Under the pieces are notes generated by a model. That model saw only the letters and a program-made list of their open reading frames with translations, made no database searches and was not told where the DNA came from. From positions 32,001 to 96,000 of the forward strand of contig CAVWVI010000003.1 in NCBI GenBank assembly GCA_963758495.1: DNA of 64,000 nucleotides. The letters are read 5' to 3'. Shown here in pieces: positions 32,392 through 39,911 of the stretch. This DNA comes from Oligoflexia bacterium (lineage in GTDB: Bacteria > Bdellovibrionota > UBA1018). The position numbers and the translations under genes were made by a program. The number at the start of each line of letters is the position of its first letter. Positions within the stretch are counted from its first letter, which is position 1.

Positions 32392-32682
32392 TCATGCAGC
32401 ATCCTCTTTTAATGGGTCGAGAACCTCAATTCCGGACGTGTAAATGGTTTCGGGATCAATATCCAAACATTGATACGGATCAAAATTTCCTCCAATATCC
32501 CAAGCAAGAGTATGATTAATCACGGTACACTTTTCAATAAAGACATCGACCTGAGCGATTTGCCTAAAAACTCCAGTCCCTAAGAATGGGGACATATCAA
32601 AGAGCTTTACTTTGCCATCAGAAAAGTAAACATAAACTTTAAAGTCGCGAGTAGGTTTCACTTGAATTACAGAATGAAGCAT
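32392..32682 (-). CDS. DUF2442-family antitoxin-like protein
   Basis: V..V.P..DF.V.V.FSDG....FD...TLAW...DIDPETIY. Confidence 0.82.
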   Translation of the reverse strand: MLHSVIQVKPTRDFKVYVYFSDGKVKLFDMSPFLGTGVFRQIAQVDVFIEKCTVINHTLAWDIGGNFDPYQCLDIDPETIYTSGIEVLDPLKEDAA

Positions 32683-32688
32683 TTTACC

Positions 32689-32949
32689 TCAACGAAGCGG
32701 TTCAATTTTTTCGATTTTATTATGTTCACGTGCTAAAAGCCAGTTCTTCATTAGTTCGCTCCTATGAATTTCACACCATGCAAGAACCAGTTTGAGTTGC
32801 TTGGCGGGGAAAGACCCCTGAATGACCACTGCTTCCTGAATAGATACTAAAACCTTGAACTCTCCATATTCAGCGTGAAAATATTCAGGGAAGTGATCTT
32901 TCCAGTACATGTAGATCTTGACTCCAAAAAACTCACTAATTATTGGCAT
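32689..32949 (-). CDS. DUF4160-family toxin-like protein
   Basis: MPIISEFFGVKIYMY..DH...FHAEYG...W...H..EL..NW...IEPL. Confidence 0.85.
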   Translation of the reverse strand: MPIISEFFGVKIYMYWKDHFPEYFHAEYGEFKVLVSIQEAVVIQGSFPAKQLKLVLAWCEIHRSELMKNWLLAREHNKIEKIEPLR

Positions 32950-33036
32950 AAATTACCTAATGTTTGTCATCTAAAATAGCAGACTCTATTAATTCACAAT
33001 AAAAATACAGTTGAAATTGAAAGATATTAGATTTGA

Positions 33037-33704
33037 TCACGATCCCATAGCCTCTAAATTGTTTAATGTATTTTTGTCCGGTCTAGTTCTTAAATAAAGA
33101 TTTCCACTTCTAGATCGAGCAACTACAGCATCAATTTGACCTTTTCGAGTGAGTGAAATTCCTATCGCTTTTGAAATCCACCCTAGCCTCTCAACAAAGT
33201 AGGCGATGATTGTGCCTTTCTTGTTTTTCTTGATTCCAGAGATTTTCCTTTTAGTAGAAATGTCTTTTATAGTGCCTTCACGTTGACCTTCCATTTGTTC
33301 AATGGCTTTCCACAGCTTTTCAAATTCTGACGGAGTAAAATCGTTAACCTTTTTCTCAAGGCTTACTCCTGTTTTCTTTTTAAAAATGCTATGTAGTTTC
33401 TAACATTATTTTCCCCTTTTGGGGCGTAGTTCTCTACTAAATCTCGAATAACGGAATCACCGTATATTGTCTTCAAACAATCAATATGGGCTTGATGTCC
33501 AGTTTCATAGTCAGGAAAAACAGCGAATTTGCCAGCCTTGCCTATCGCACCATTCTTTTTTCTGATATTTCCTAGCACTAGGTTGCCAGGGTTATGATTG
33601 CGCCAAGTCCGAGTGCCACCTGAGAAGATAAACTCTTTTCCCGTACTATCTTTATAAATCACCGTGTCTTTTGGACCGTTCTGGGCTTCAATAAATTTTG
33701 GCAT
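33037..33704 (-). pseudogene. frameshifted gene: RNHNPGNL lysozyme-like domain fused to a DUF3892-like domain
   Basis: ORFs 33363-33704 and 33037-33294 join by a -1 shift at ~33380; the linker KTGVSLEKK...WKAIEQMEG is open. Confidence 0.75.
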
Positions 33705-34050
33705 AATCTATCACTGAGTCTCTCTAATTTCGTTTACGCTAATAAGCACCCTCTGAGGTGCTATCAGGATTGGTTGGAGAAGTGTTTTTTTGGTCAGCCT
33801 CTTTTATTCAAGAAAATCCGCAATGGCCTGGACCAAGTCCAGGATGATTTCGTCGTTCACTAAACGACCTGCGGTTCACCTGGACTTTTAACGGGTAGTG
33901 GCGCCTCACATGAAGCAGAACAGCTAAACTTGCAGTTAAATGCAAGTTACGGACGTTTCCGACGGTCTTGTCTGAAGCCAAATCCCTGAATTTACCCACT
34001 TTTTATCCAGTCTTGATTAGTTCTGCCATTTCACGGTATGCATCCTTAAG

Positions 34051-34069
34051 TATATCTTGATAAGATATA
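34051..34069 (+). promoter_or_regulatory. palindromic operator over an extended -10
   Basis: TATATCTT-N3-AAGATATA containing TGnTAAGAT; ATG at 34073. Confidence 0.6.
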
Positions 34070-34072
34070 GGT

Positions 34073-34347
34073 ATGAGTCCAAAGCTACCCCGCCAGATTC
34101 TTGATGAGGAAAATTTTCTGGAAATCGCTTTTACGAGATAGAAGCAGATTCGTTTCGTCCTCATGGTTGGCGTTATCGACTGGCATGGATACACAAGGGA
34201 AAGTGCCGGGTACTTTTCGACAACCACCACGGTAAGGCCGATCACTACCATCTGGAAGGCGAGGAGTTCCCCTACACATTTTCTACAATTGGCCAGTTAC
34301 GAGTGGATTTTATTGAGCTAGTTAAAAAACAAGGAGGCCCAGTATGA
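34073..34347 (+). pseudogene. DUF6516-like toxin gene with 5' frameshift
   Basis: Frame 34108-34347 reads RPHGWRYRLA...FDNHHGKADHYH...PYTF...L..DF but has no start; ATG 34073 is in another frame; ATGA overlap with the next gene. Confidence 0.75.
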
Positions 34348-34760
34348 TTAAAAAGAAATTCAAGATTCGATTTCAATCAGTAAACGACACCATGACTCAG
34401 TTCGAGAGTGATTGGAAGGCGATTGAAAAAGGGGGTAAGCCTTCTAAACTTGTTTCTGGCATCTCCCCATACTTGATTATGGAGTACGCGATGTTCTCGA
34501 AAATTTTCTCTCCAGAGCGACTTCGGATTATTGATACGATCCAGGTAAGGCACCCTGCCTCCGTAAGTGAGCTTGCGGAAATCTTGGGGCGGGAACAAGC
34601 TAATGTCCATCGTGATGTCCATTATCTGACTGAGCTTGGGATCTTGGAACTTAAACGACTCAAAGAGGAAGGTAAAGCTGAAGTTGTCCAACCCGAGTTT
34701 AATTGGGGTGGATTTGAGATCGAGATGGGGCATTCTAAAAATGAAGACGAGGCAGCATAA
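34344..34760 (+). CDS. wHTH (HVO_A0114/ArsR-like) antitoxin or regulator
   Basis: FSPERLRII..I....PASVSELAEILGREQANVHRDV..L..LGI; AGGAGG RBS. Confidence 0.8.
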   Translation: MIKKKFKIRFQSVNDTMTQFESDWKAIEKGGKPSKLVSGISPYLIMEYAMFSKIFSPERLRIIDTIQVRHPASVSELAEILGREQANVHRDVHYLTELGILELKRLKEEGKAEVVQPEFNWGGFEIEMGHSKNEDEAA

Positions 34761-34764
34761 CACA

Positions 34765-34821
34765 GTCAACTACCCCGTTCCTAAAGGAACGGAGCTTGAA
34801 GGAAACTAAAAGCTTACATTG
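34765..34821 (+). mobile_element. IS200/IS605-type end resembling the start of an IscB omega/HEARO scaffold, truncated
   Basis: GTCAACTACCCCGTTCCTAAAGGAACGGAGCTTG matches the GTCAACTACCCC-hairpin(TAAA)-GCTTG pattern. Confidence 0.65.
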
Positions 34822-34981
34822 TGCGCCTGTCACGAAGGATGAATTGCGAAAATCCATAAAAAATTCAAATACTCATCCAAGCAAAATGACGATATGAGCC
34901 CACTCACCATACAGTCATTAATAAAGGCGATGTCATCATGATGACTTAGCTTGAGTTCATCCTTCGTGGCAGGCGCACAAT
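34818..34981. mobile_element. 164-bp non-coding element with 26-bp terminal inverted repeats
   Basis: ATTGTGCGCCTGTCACGAAGGATGAA (34818-34843) vs TTCATCCTTCGTGGCAGGCGCACAAT (34956-34981), one mismatch. Confidence 0.8.
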
Positions 34982-35118
34982 CAAAGGACTCCTATTATAA
35001 TTAAGCTCAACTATGGATCAACCGGATATATCCAACCGATCAAAGCCGGGCAGGACTCGGGTTCTAAGAAAATGGGAGTCGCTGCGGTAGCGAATGGTCA
35101 AGTCGTCTATCAATCAGA

Positions 35119-35877
35119 ATGGAGGACTATCTTAAATACCTGTCATGCCTTTATGCGGGGGATCTCGGCTATCGCCGAAAGGCTCTATCATGCTTCAATA
35201 GTTTCTACCGTTTCTTAAAATCCAATCGGCATATAGTTGTTAATCCGGCAGAGAGTGTGATCGTCAGTAGATCTCCTGGGCAGTTGACTGTATGTGATGA
35301 ATCTCAGATCAAAAAAATCTTTGCCTTCATAAAAACCCCCAAGTCAGATCCTCAGCAAGCATTGCTTCTGAGTCTTATTTTATTTTACGGCTGGAGTCGT
35401 GAGGACCTTCGTCTTGCTACTCTTTGTATGGAAGATCAGGCCACTCTCAACATCGTTCATCATCGTACTCAGAGAACAAAAGGAAGACGACTTTATAATC
35501 GGCCTCAGAAGCTCCAACTCCAGTCCTCGCCAGACTGGTTCTTTAAGCTTCAAAGACGATACTATCTACATTGGTTAAATATTTACAAAAAAACAAAATG
35601 GACCTACCCCCGTCAGTCACCCATATTGCCACCCAGAGGAAATCACAATCGCCCTGTCTCATCTGAATACGTTGCTACTTTGATAGCGCAAGCTACCATC
35701 GCTGCGGTCGGAGTTCCTATCCCTGTTCGTATTCTAAGACAAACCTGCGGTCACCTTCACTCGACCCGCCAAGACTCCTCTCTGCTCACTCGGCTCGGTT
35801 GGTCAGCTCAATTTGCCTTCCACTATACCTGGCTCCCACGTCAGCATTACCAGTCCGAAAATTCCTCAAAACTCTAA
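35119..35877 (+). CDS. atypical, probably 5'-truncated tyrosine recombinase-like protein
   Basis: SFYRFL...NPA, LILFYGWSREDL, RILRQT, LGW...Y; beside a tRNA. Confidence 0.7.
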   Translation: MEDYLKYLSCLYAGDLGYRRKALSCFNSFYRFLKSNRHIVVNPAESVIVSRSPGQLTVCDESQIKKIFAFIKTPKSDPQQALLLSLILFYGWSREDLRLATLCMEDQATLNIVHHRTQRTKGRRLYNRPQKLQLQSSPDWFFKLQRRYYLHWLNIYKKTKWTYPRQSPILPPRGNHNRPVSSEYVATLIAQATIAAVGVPIPVRILRQTCGHLHSTRQDSSLLTRLGWSAQFAFHYTWLPRQHYQSENSSKL

Positions 35878-35944
35878 TCTTTCTCCGATCCCAAACGAAA
35901 CTCCTGCTTTCCAAACGCAAGCTGAACTTGCGTTCCCACAAATG

Positions 35945-35971
35945 AAAAACCCCGCTTATTATCGCGGGGTT
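35945..35971 (-). terminator. terminator downstream of tRNA-Glu
   Basis: AACCCCGC/GCGGGGTT stem followed by a T-run on the minus strand. Confidence 0.75.
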
Positions 35972-36006
35972 ATCAGTTTCAAAACTTAAACAATCATCAT
36001 TATGCT

Positions 36007-36082
36007 TGGTGTCCCCAAGGGGATTCGAACCCCTGTTTGCGCCGTGAGAGGGCACCGTCCTAGGCCTCTAGACGATGGGGAC
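36007..36082 (-). tRNA. tRNA-Glu (CUC)
   Basis: 76 nt GTCCCCATCGTCTAGAGG...CTCTCAC...GGTTCGAATCC...GGGGACACCA; cloverleaf with encoded CCA. Confidence 0.96.
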
Positions 36083-36125
36083 GCGACAAATGAAGAATAA
36101 CACATAGCCTAGATCCTTTGAGGAT

Positions 36126-36938
36126 TCAAATAAAACCGCAAATTCGATACAATCCCTGACAAGGCGAAGCATGATCCTCACTGCATACCGTATCTACGAA
36201 AACATGCATCGCATCTGGAAAAATCTCATAGAGTGCAGCGAGATTAAGAGGTTCGTTTTCAAAAGAAGCAACCAAGACGCCATAACGTCGAATGTATTCT
36301 GCTGCAGCTTTTTTATGCTCAAGGTCTACCAGATGAAAATCCCGTTTCATGAGTAAATGAGTTCCAGATAAATCTAGAGGAAAACCGTCCCGATGCAAAT
36401 TGGCACGAGTGCCCTCTCCCATATTGGGCTCATCCCTTCCTGTTAAATAAACAATTTGAGCACCCAATCGGTGAAGTTCTTGCGAAAATTTCGAAGCACC
36501 TACGTACGGCCGATCATATTTCAAATACTCACTCGTAAAGAATCGTTCATTCCAAAAACTTCTGGCAGAATTCATCGCATCGATTACTTCTGGTTGTTCG
36601 CACTTTAAACCCAGCTTAGAGAATGTATCACTTACAGAATAGCCGATATCACGCCTTTCCATCTGCAGAATGAGCCTTTGAGCAATGGGGTATGCTTTAC
36701 CCAGAGTGGATTGCGCCCATTCCATCATAATCTGATAAGTTCGTGGTCCCACTTCATAAAGTGTTGAGTCAAGATCAAGCAAAACTAACGGCTGAACTTG
36801 TGACGTCACTCGCCGAGAAACCTCTTGAAGAACTTCTAATTGAGTTAGATCGTGAAAATGGCACGCAGACACCCACTCCTGCCGTGAAAAGGCCTTTTTA
36901 ACAGCACTCCCCTCAAATTCAGCTCGTGTTTTCATCAC
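36126..36938 (-). CDS. HAD-superfamily phosphatase-like protein
   Basis: LLDLDSTL, YLTGR, conserved K, FENE. Confidence 0.8.
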   Translation of the reverse strand: MMKTRAEFEGSAVKKAFSRQEWVSACHFHDLTQLEVLQEVSRRVTSQVQPLVLLDLDSTLYEVGPRTYQIMMEWAQSTLGKAYPIAQRLILQMERRDIGYSVSDTFSKLGLKCEQPEVIDAMNSARSFWNERFFTSEYLKYDRPYVGASKFSQELHRLGAQIVYLTGRDEPNMGEGTRANLHRDGFPLDLSGTHLLMKRDFHLVDLEHKKAAAEYIRRYGVLVASFENEPLNLAALYEIFPDAMHVFVDTVCSEDHASPCQGLYRICGFI

Positions 36939-36956
36939 GAATTTAATTAACAGAGA

Positions 36957-36990
36957 AGAGGCGACCTTCTCAAGAAGAAAGGCCGCCTCT
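36957..36990. terminator. hairpin, probable terminator after the Gly-rich gene
   Basis: AGAGGCGACCTT / AAGGCCGCCTCT stem. Confidence 0.5.
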
Positions 36991-37039
36991 CGGTTTTAAA
37001 TCTAGCCGTCAGTGATTTCAATGTACTGATGCTGAAGTC

Positions 37040-37809
37040 TTAGAATTTAAATCCAGATCCACCGAGCATTCCAGGCCCACCGAGAATTCCAGGCCCACCT
37101 GGATATCCAGGACCCCCGATCATCCCAGGTGCTCCGATAATTCCACCTTTTTGTCCTGCAATACCTTTCTGCCCTACAAGACCCTTCTGTCCTGCAAGAC
37201 CCTTCTGCCCTGCAAGACCTTTCTGTCCTGCAAGACCTTTCTGCCCTACAAGACCCTTCTGTCCTGCAAGACCCTTCTGTCCTGCAAAGCCCTTCTGAGC
37301 ACCATAACCTACAGGACCTGGAAATCCTCCCATACCTGGATACCCAACTCCTGGAAGTCCGATCCCTGGAAGCGGAAGCCCAATGCCTGGAAACCCGCCT
37401 CCTGGAAACCCGATCCCTGGAAATCCGATCCCTGGAAACCCAATACCCGGGAAGCCAAGGCCTAAACCACCACCAAAGCCAAGTCCTCCTAGACCTAGAC
37501 CTAAACCACCACCAAAGCCAAGGCCTCCTAGACCTAGACCTAAACCACCACCAAAGCCAAGACCTCCTAGACCTAGACCCAAACCACCAAAGCCAAGGCC
37601 TCCTAGGCCTAGACCCAAACCACCAAAGCCAAGACCTCCTAAACCTAACCTAGACCTAAACCACCAAAGCCAAGACCTCCTAAACCCAGACCAAGACCTA
37701 GACCACCACAACCACCAAAGAATCCTTCATGCGCCATTGCCGAAGGACTATTCACTGAGAGACAAGTCACTACTCCTAATACTGTAAGAAAAGATCGGAA
37801 GGACTTCAT
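37040..37809 (-). pseudogene. secreted Gly-rich repeat / collagen-like protein with one 1-nt frameshift
   Basis: ATG 37809 with AGGAGG RBS and signal peptide; GLGLGGLGFGG, GIGFP and GQKGLA repeats; one 6-nt unit is 5 nt at ~37647-37651. Confidence 0.8.
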
Positions 37810-37853
37810 GTCGTATCCTCCTAAGAATATTCGGTTCGCTGAGAAGCGGCTTT

Positions 37854-37869
37854 TGCAACTCAAATGCCA
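37854..37869 (-). promoter_or_regulatory. sigma-54 (-24/-12) promoter
   Basis: TGGCAT-TTGAG-TTGCA, about 45 nt upstream of ATG 37809. Confidence 0.72.
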
Positions 37870-37892
37870 GTCAGCCATAAAGACGAAAGGAC

Positions 37893-37936
37893 GTAATCAG
37901 TTCCTTTAGCGCTGTTGACAAGCACTGTGAGAACTC
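37893..37936. repeat. partial long-form copy of GTAAG repeat
   Basis: GTAATCAGTTCCTTTAGCGCTGTTGACAAGCACTGT matches the start of the long form. Confidence 0.75.
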
Positions 37937-38004
37937 TATGTTATGAAGAGCGCCTGAGTATGACTCAACGTAAGTAGACATTTAAATTCCACTTTACAGA
38001 TAAA

Positions 38005-39798
38005 TTAAAACGCATCAGCCCATGATTGCGAAATCCGCATTGCTGTATTAATTAATCCAACATGAGAATACGTTTGCGGGAAATTACCCCATAATTCTCC
38101 AGAGTCTGGATCCATATCCTCCGAAAGCAATCCTAAATGATTCAAATTTCGAATCACTCGAGCAAATAGTTCTCTTGCCTCGACCTTCCTCCCTGCGCCC
38201 CAAAGCGCATCAGCCATCCAAAATGTACAAACCGTAAAGGTGGTTTTAGGCACTCCAAAGTCATCAGGGGTACGATAGCGATAGACTCCTCGATTAACAC
38301 GAAGTAATCGATCATACGCATCAATAGTTTTTTGAAATCTTTCATCTCGAAAAGAAACAAAATTAACCATTGGAAATAAAAGATTGGCAGCATCAGGACT
38401 ATCACCATCATAACTCTGGGTATAATAACCAACAATGTCATTCCATCCGTTTCGTTCAATTCCATTACGCATTCGCTCTCGAATTGGCGTCCACTCTTCT
38501 ACTAAATCATGCCTACCAATATGACCAGCGATTCGAACTCCACGATCAACTGCGGCCCAATTCATTAACTTAGAAAAGAGTGAATGTTTTTTCTCCCCCC
38601 GAAATTCCCAAATTCCCGCGTCAGGAAGCTCAAAACAAAAGATTGCTTGCTCAACGAGTTGTTTGACGCTTTTAAATGCCTGCTCTTGATCCGTTCTTTC
38701 TAGTCTTCTATCAAAAAATGCAGGAGTAATTGCAAGCACCATTTCTCCATAGACATCATGCTGATCCATTTTATAGGCTGCATTTCCAACACGCACAGGA
38801 CCATAACCTTTGAAGCCAGCCAGCCAAGGTAATTCCTGCTCAATAAGGTCCTTTTTTCCATCAATCCCATAAACGGGTTGAAGATTTCCAGAAGCTTCTG
38901 AAGCACAAATATTTTGGAGGTAACTGATAAATTGTTCCATCTCTTCAAATTGGCCTAAACGATTGAGTGCAGTAACAACGAAATATGCATCCCTCAGCCA
39001 ACAATACCGATAATCCCAAGTACGGCCTCGCTCAGGTCCTTCCGGAATAGATGTAGTTGTTGCAGCTATAATAGCGCCTGTGTCCTCAAATATATGAAGC
39101 TTAAGCGCTAGCGCTGAACGAATCACTTCATCTTGAAATTCAAATGGAATATTACAATGTTTTGACCAATTCCGCCAATAAGCTATTGTTCGATCCAGTT
39201 GTTCTTCAATTTCAAATTTTAATACTCCTTGAAAAGGTAGCCCATAAGACAATACAAAATGTTTAGACTCTTTCAACTCAAATAAAGTTCCATTCAAAAT
39301 ATACGAAATAGGAGCGTCTGACGAAAGGTAGAGTAAAGTACCATGACTTTCATATACAACCATTGAAGAAAGGTTGAGAACCTTAGGCGTGTCTTTTCCA
39401 TAGTCGAATCTAGGATTACATTGTATAGCAACTTTAGGAACTCCCCGAATAGGTCGAATCACTCGAAATATTTGAGGTGGCTTATGATAGCTTGCATATC
39501 CTTTATTGTATCGGGGAATAAAATCGACAATTTCAAATTGAGACCCATCTTCAATGATAAAGGTGGTTACCAATATATTTGTATTTCTCATGTAATGCTG
39601 ACGGGTTTCCCATTTTTGCGACGAGCCGGCCGCTGTGGGAATAATACTCCAAAAACCTCCATTTTCAGAATCAAGTAATGCAGCAAATACTGATGGAGAA
39701 TCAAATCTAGGCATGCAGCACCAAACAATCTTACCTTGCCGATCAACAAGAGCAGAGATTTGACAGTTGCCAATGATTCCAAAATCGAGTTGTGACAT
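38005..39798 (-). CDS. GH15 glucoamylase/trehalase-like hydrolase
   Basis: PRFDSPSVF, AAATTSIPE, WDYRYCWLRD, GIWEFR, GLLSED, GNFPQTYSH. Confidence 0.92.
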   Translation of the reverse strand: MSQLDFGIIGNCQISALVDRQGKIVWCCMPRFDSPSVFAALLDSENGGFWSIIPTAAGSSQKWETRQHYMRNTNILVTTFIIEDGSQFEIVDFIPRYNKGYASYHKPPQIFRVIRPIRGVPKVAIQCNPRFDYGKDTPKVLNLSSMVVYESHGTLLYLSSDAPISYILNGTLFELKESKHFVLSYGLPFQGVLKFEIEEQLDRTIAYWRNWSKHCNIPFEFQDEVIRSALALKLHIFEDTGAIIAATTTSIPEGPERGRTWDYRYCWLRDAYFVVTALNRLGQFEEMEQFISYLQNICASEASGNLQPVYGIDGKKDLIEQELPWLAGFKGYGPVRVGNAAYKMDQHDVYGEMVLAITPAFFDRRLERTDQEQAFKSVKQLVEQAIFCFELPDAGIWEFRGEKKHSLFSKLMNWAAVDRGVRIAGHIGRHDLVEEWTPIRERMRNGIERNGWNDIVGYYTQSYDGDSPDAANLLFPMVNFVSFRDERFQKTIDAYDRLLRVNRGVYRYRTPDDFGVPKTTFTVCTFWMADALWGAGRKVEARELFARVIRNLNHLGLLSEDMDPDSGELWGNFPQTYSHVGLINTAMRISQSWADAF

Positions 39799-39833
39799 TG
39801 CGCCCTCCTGACAAGAAGCACTTCTTCTCTAAG

Positions 39834-39849
39834 AGCAAACATAGCGCCA
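39834..39849 (-). promoter_or_regulatory. sigma-54 promoter of the GH15 gene
   Basis: TGGCGC-TATGT-TTGCT, upstream of AGGAGG RBS and ATG 39798. Confidence 0.7.
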
Positions 39850-39879
39850 AGATCGTGTCCGCCCACATTTCACATATGA

Positions 39880-39895
39880 GGGCATAGAGGTTGCA
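39880..39895 (+). promoter_or_regulatory. possible sigma-54 promoter of the otsA-like gene
   Basis: GGGCAT-AGAGG-TTGCA (GG-N10-GC); implies a very short leader. Confidence 0.5.
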
Positions 39896-39911
39896 AACTT
39901 TTTTCCGGCAC

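Noticed and set aside
34003..34279. Minus-strand ORFs of 82 and 64 aa
   Set aside because: The plus-strand DUF6516-like frame explains the region
34780..34790. CCTAAAGGAAC shared by the IS605-like end and the 36-bp repeat
   Set aside because: Only 11 bp with unrelated flanks; not enough to claim common origin
32300..36010. attL/attR duplication of the tRNA 3' end
   Set aside because: No second copy of TGGTGTCCCC found by eye, so island boundaries are not defined
35786..36055. 89-aa ORF
   Set aside because: Overlaps tRNA-Glu and its terminator
37151..37787. Plus-strand Pro-rich and CKT-repeat ORFs
   Set aside because: Antisense shadows; the RBS, signal peptide and promoter are on the minus strand
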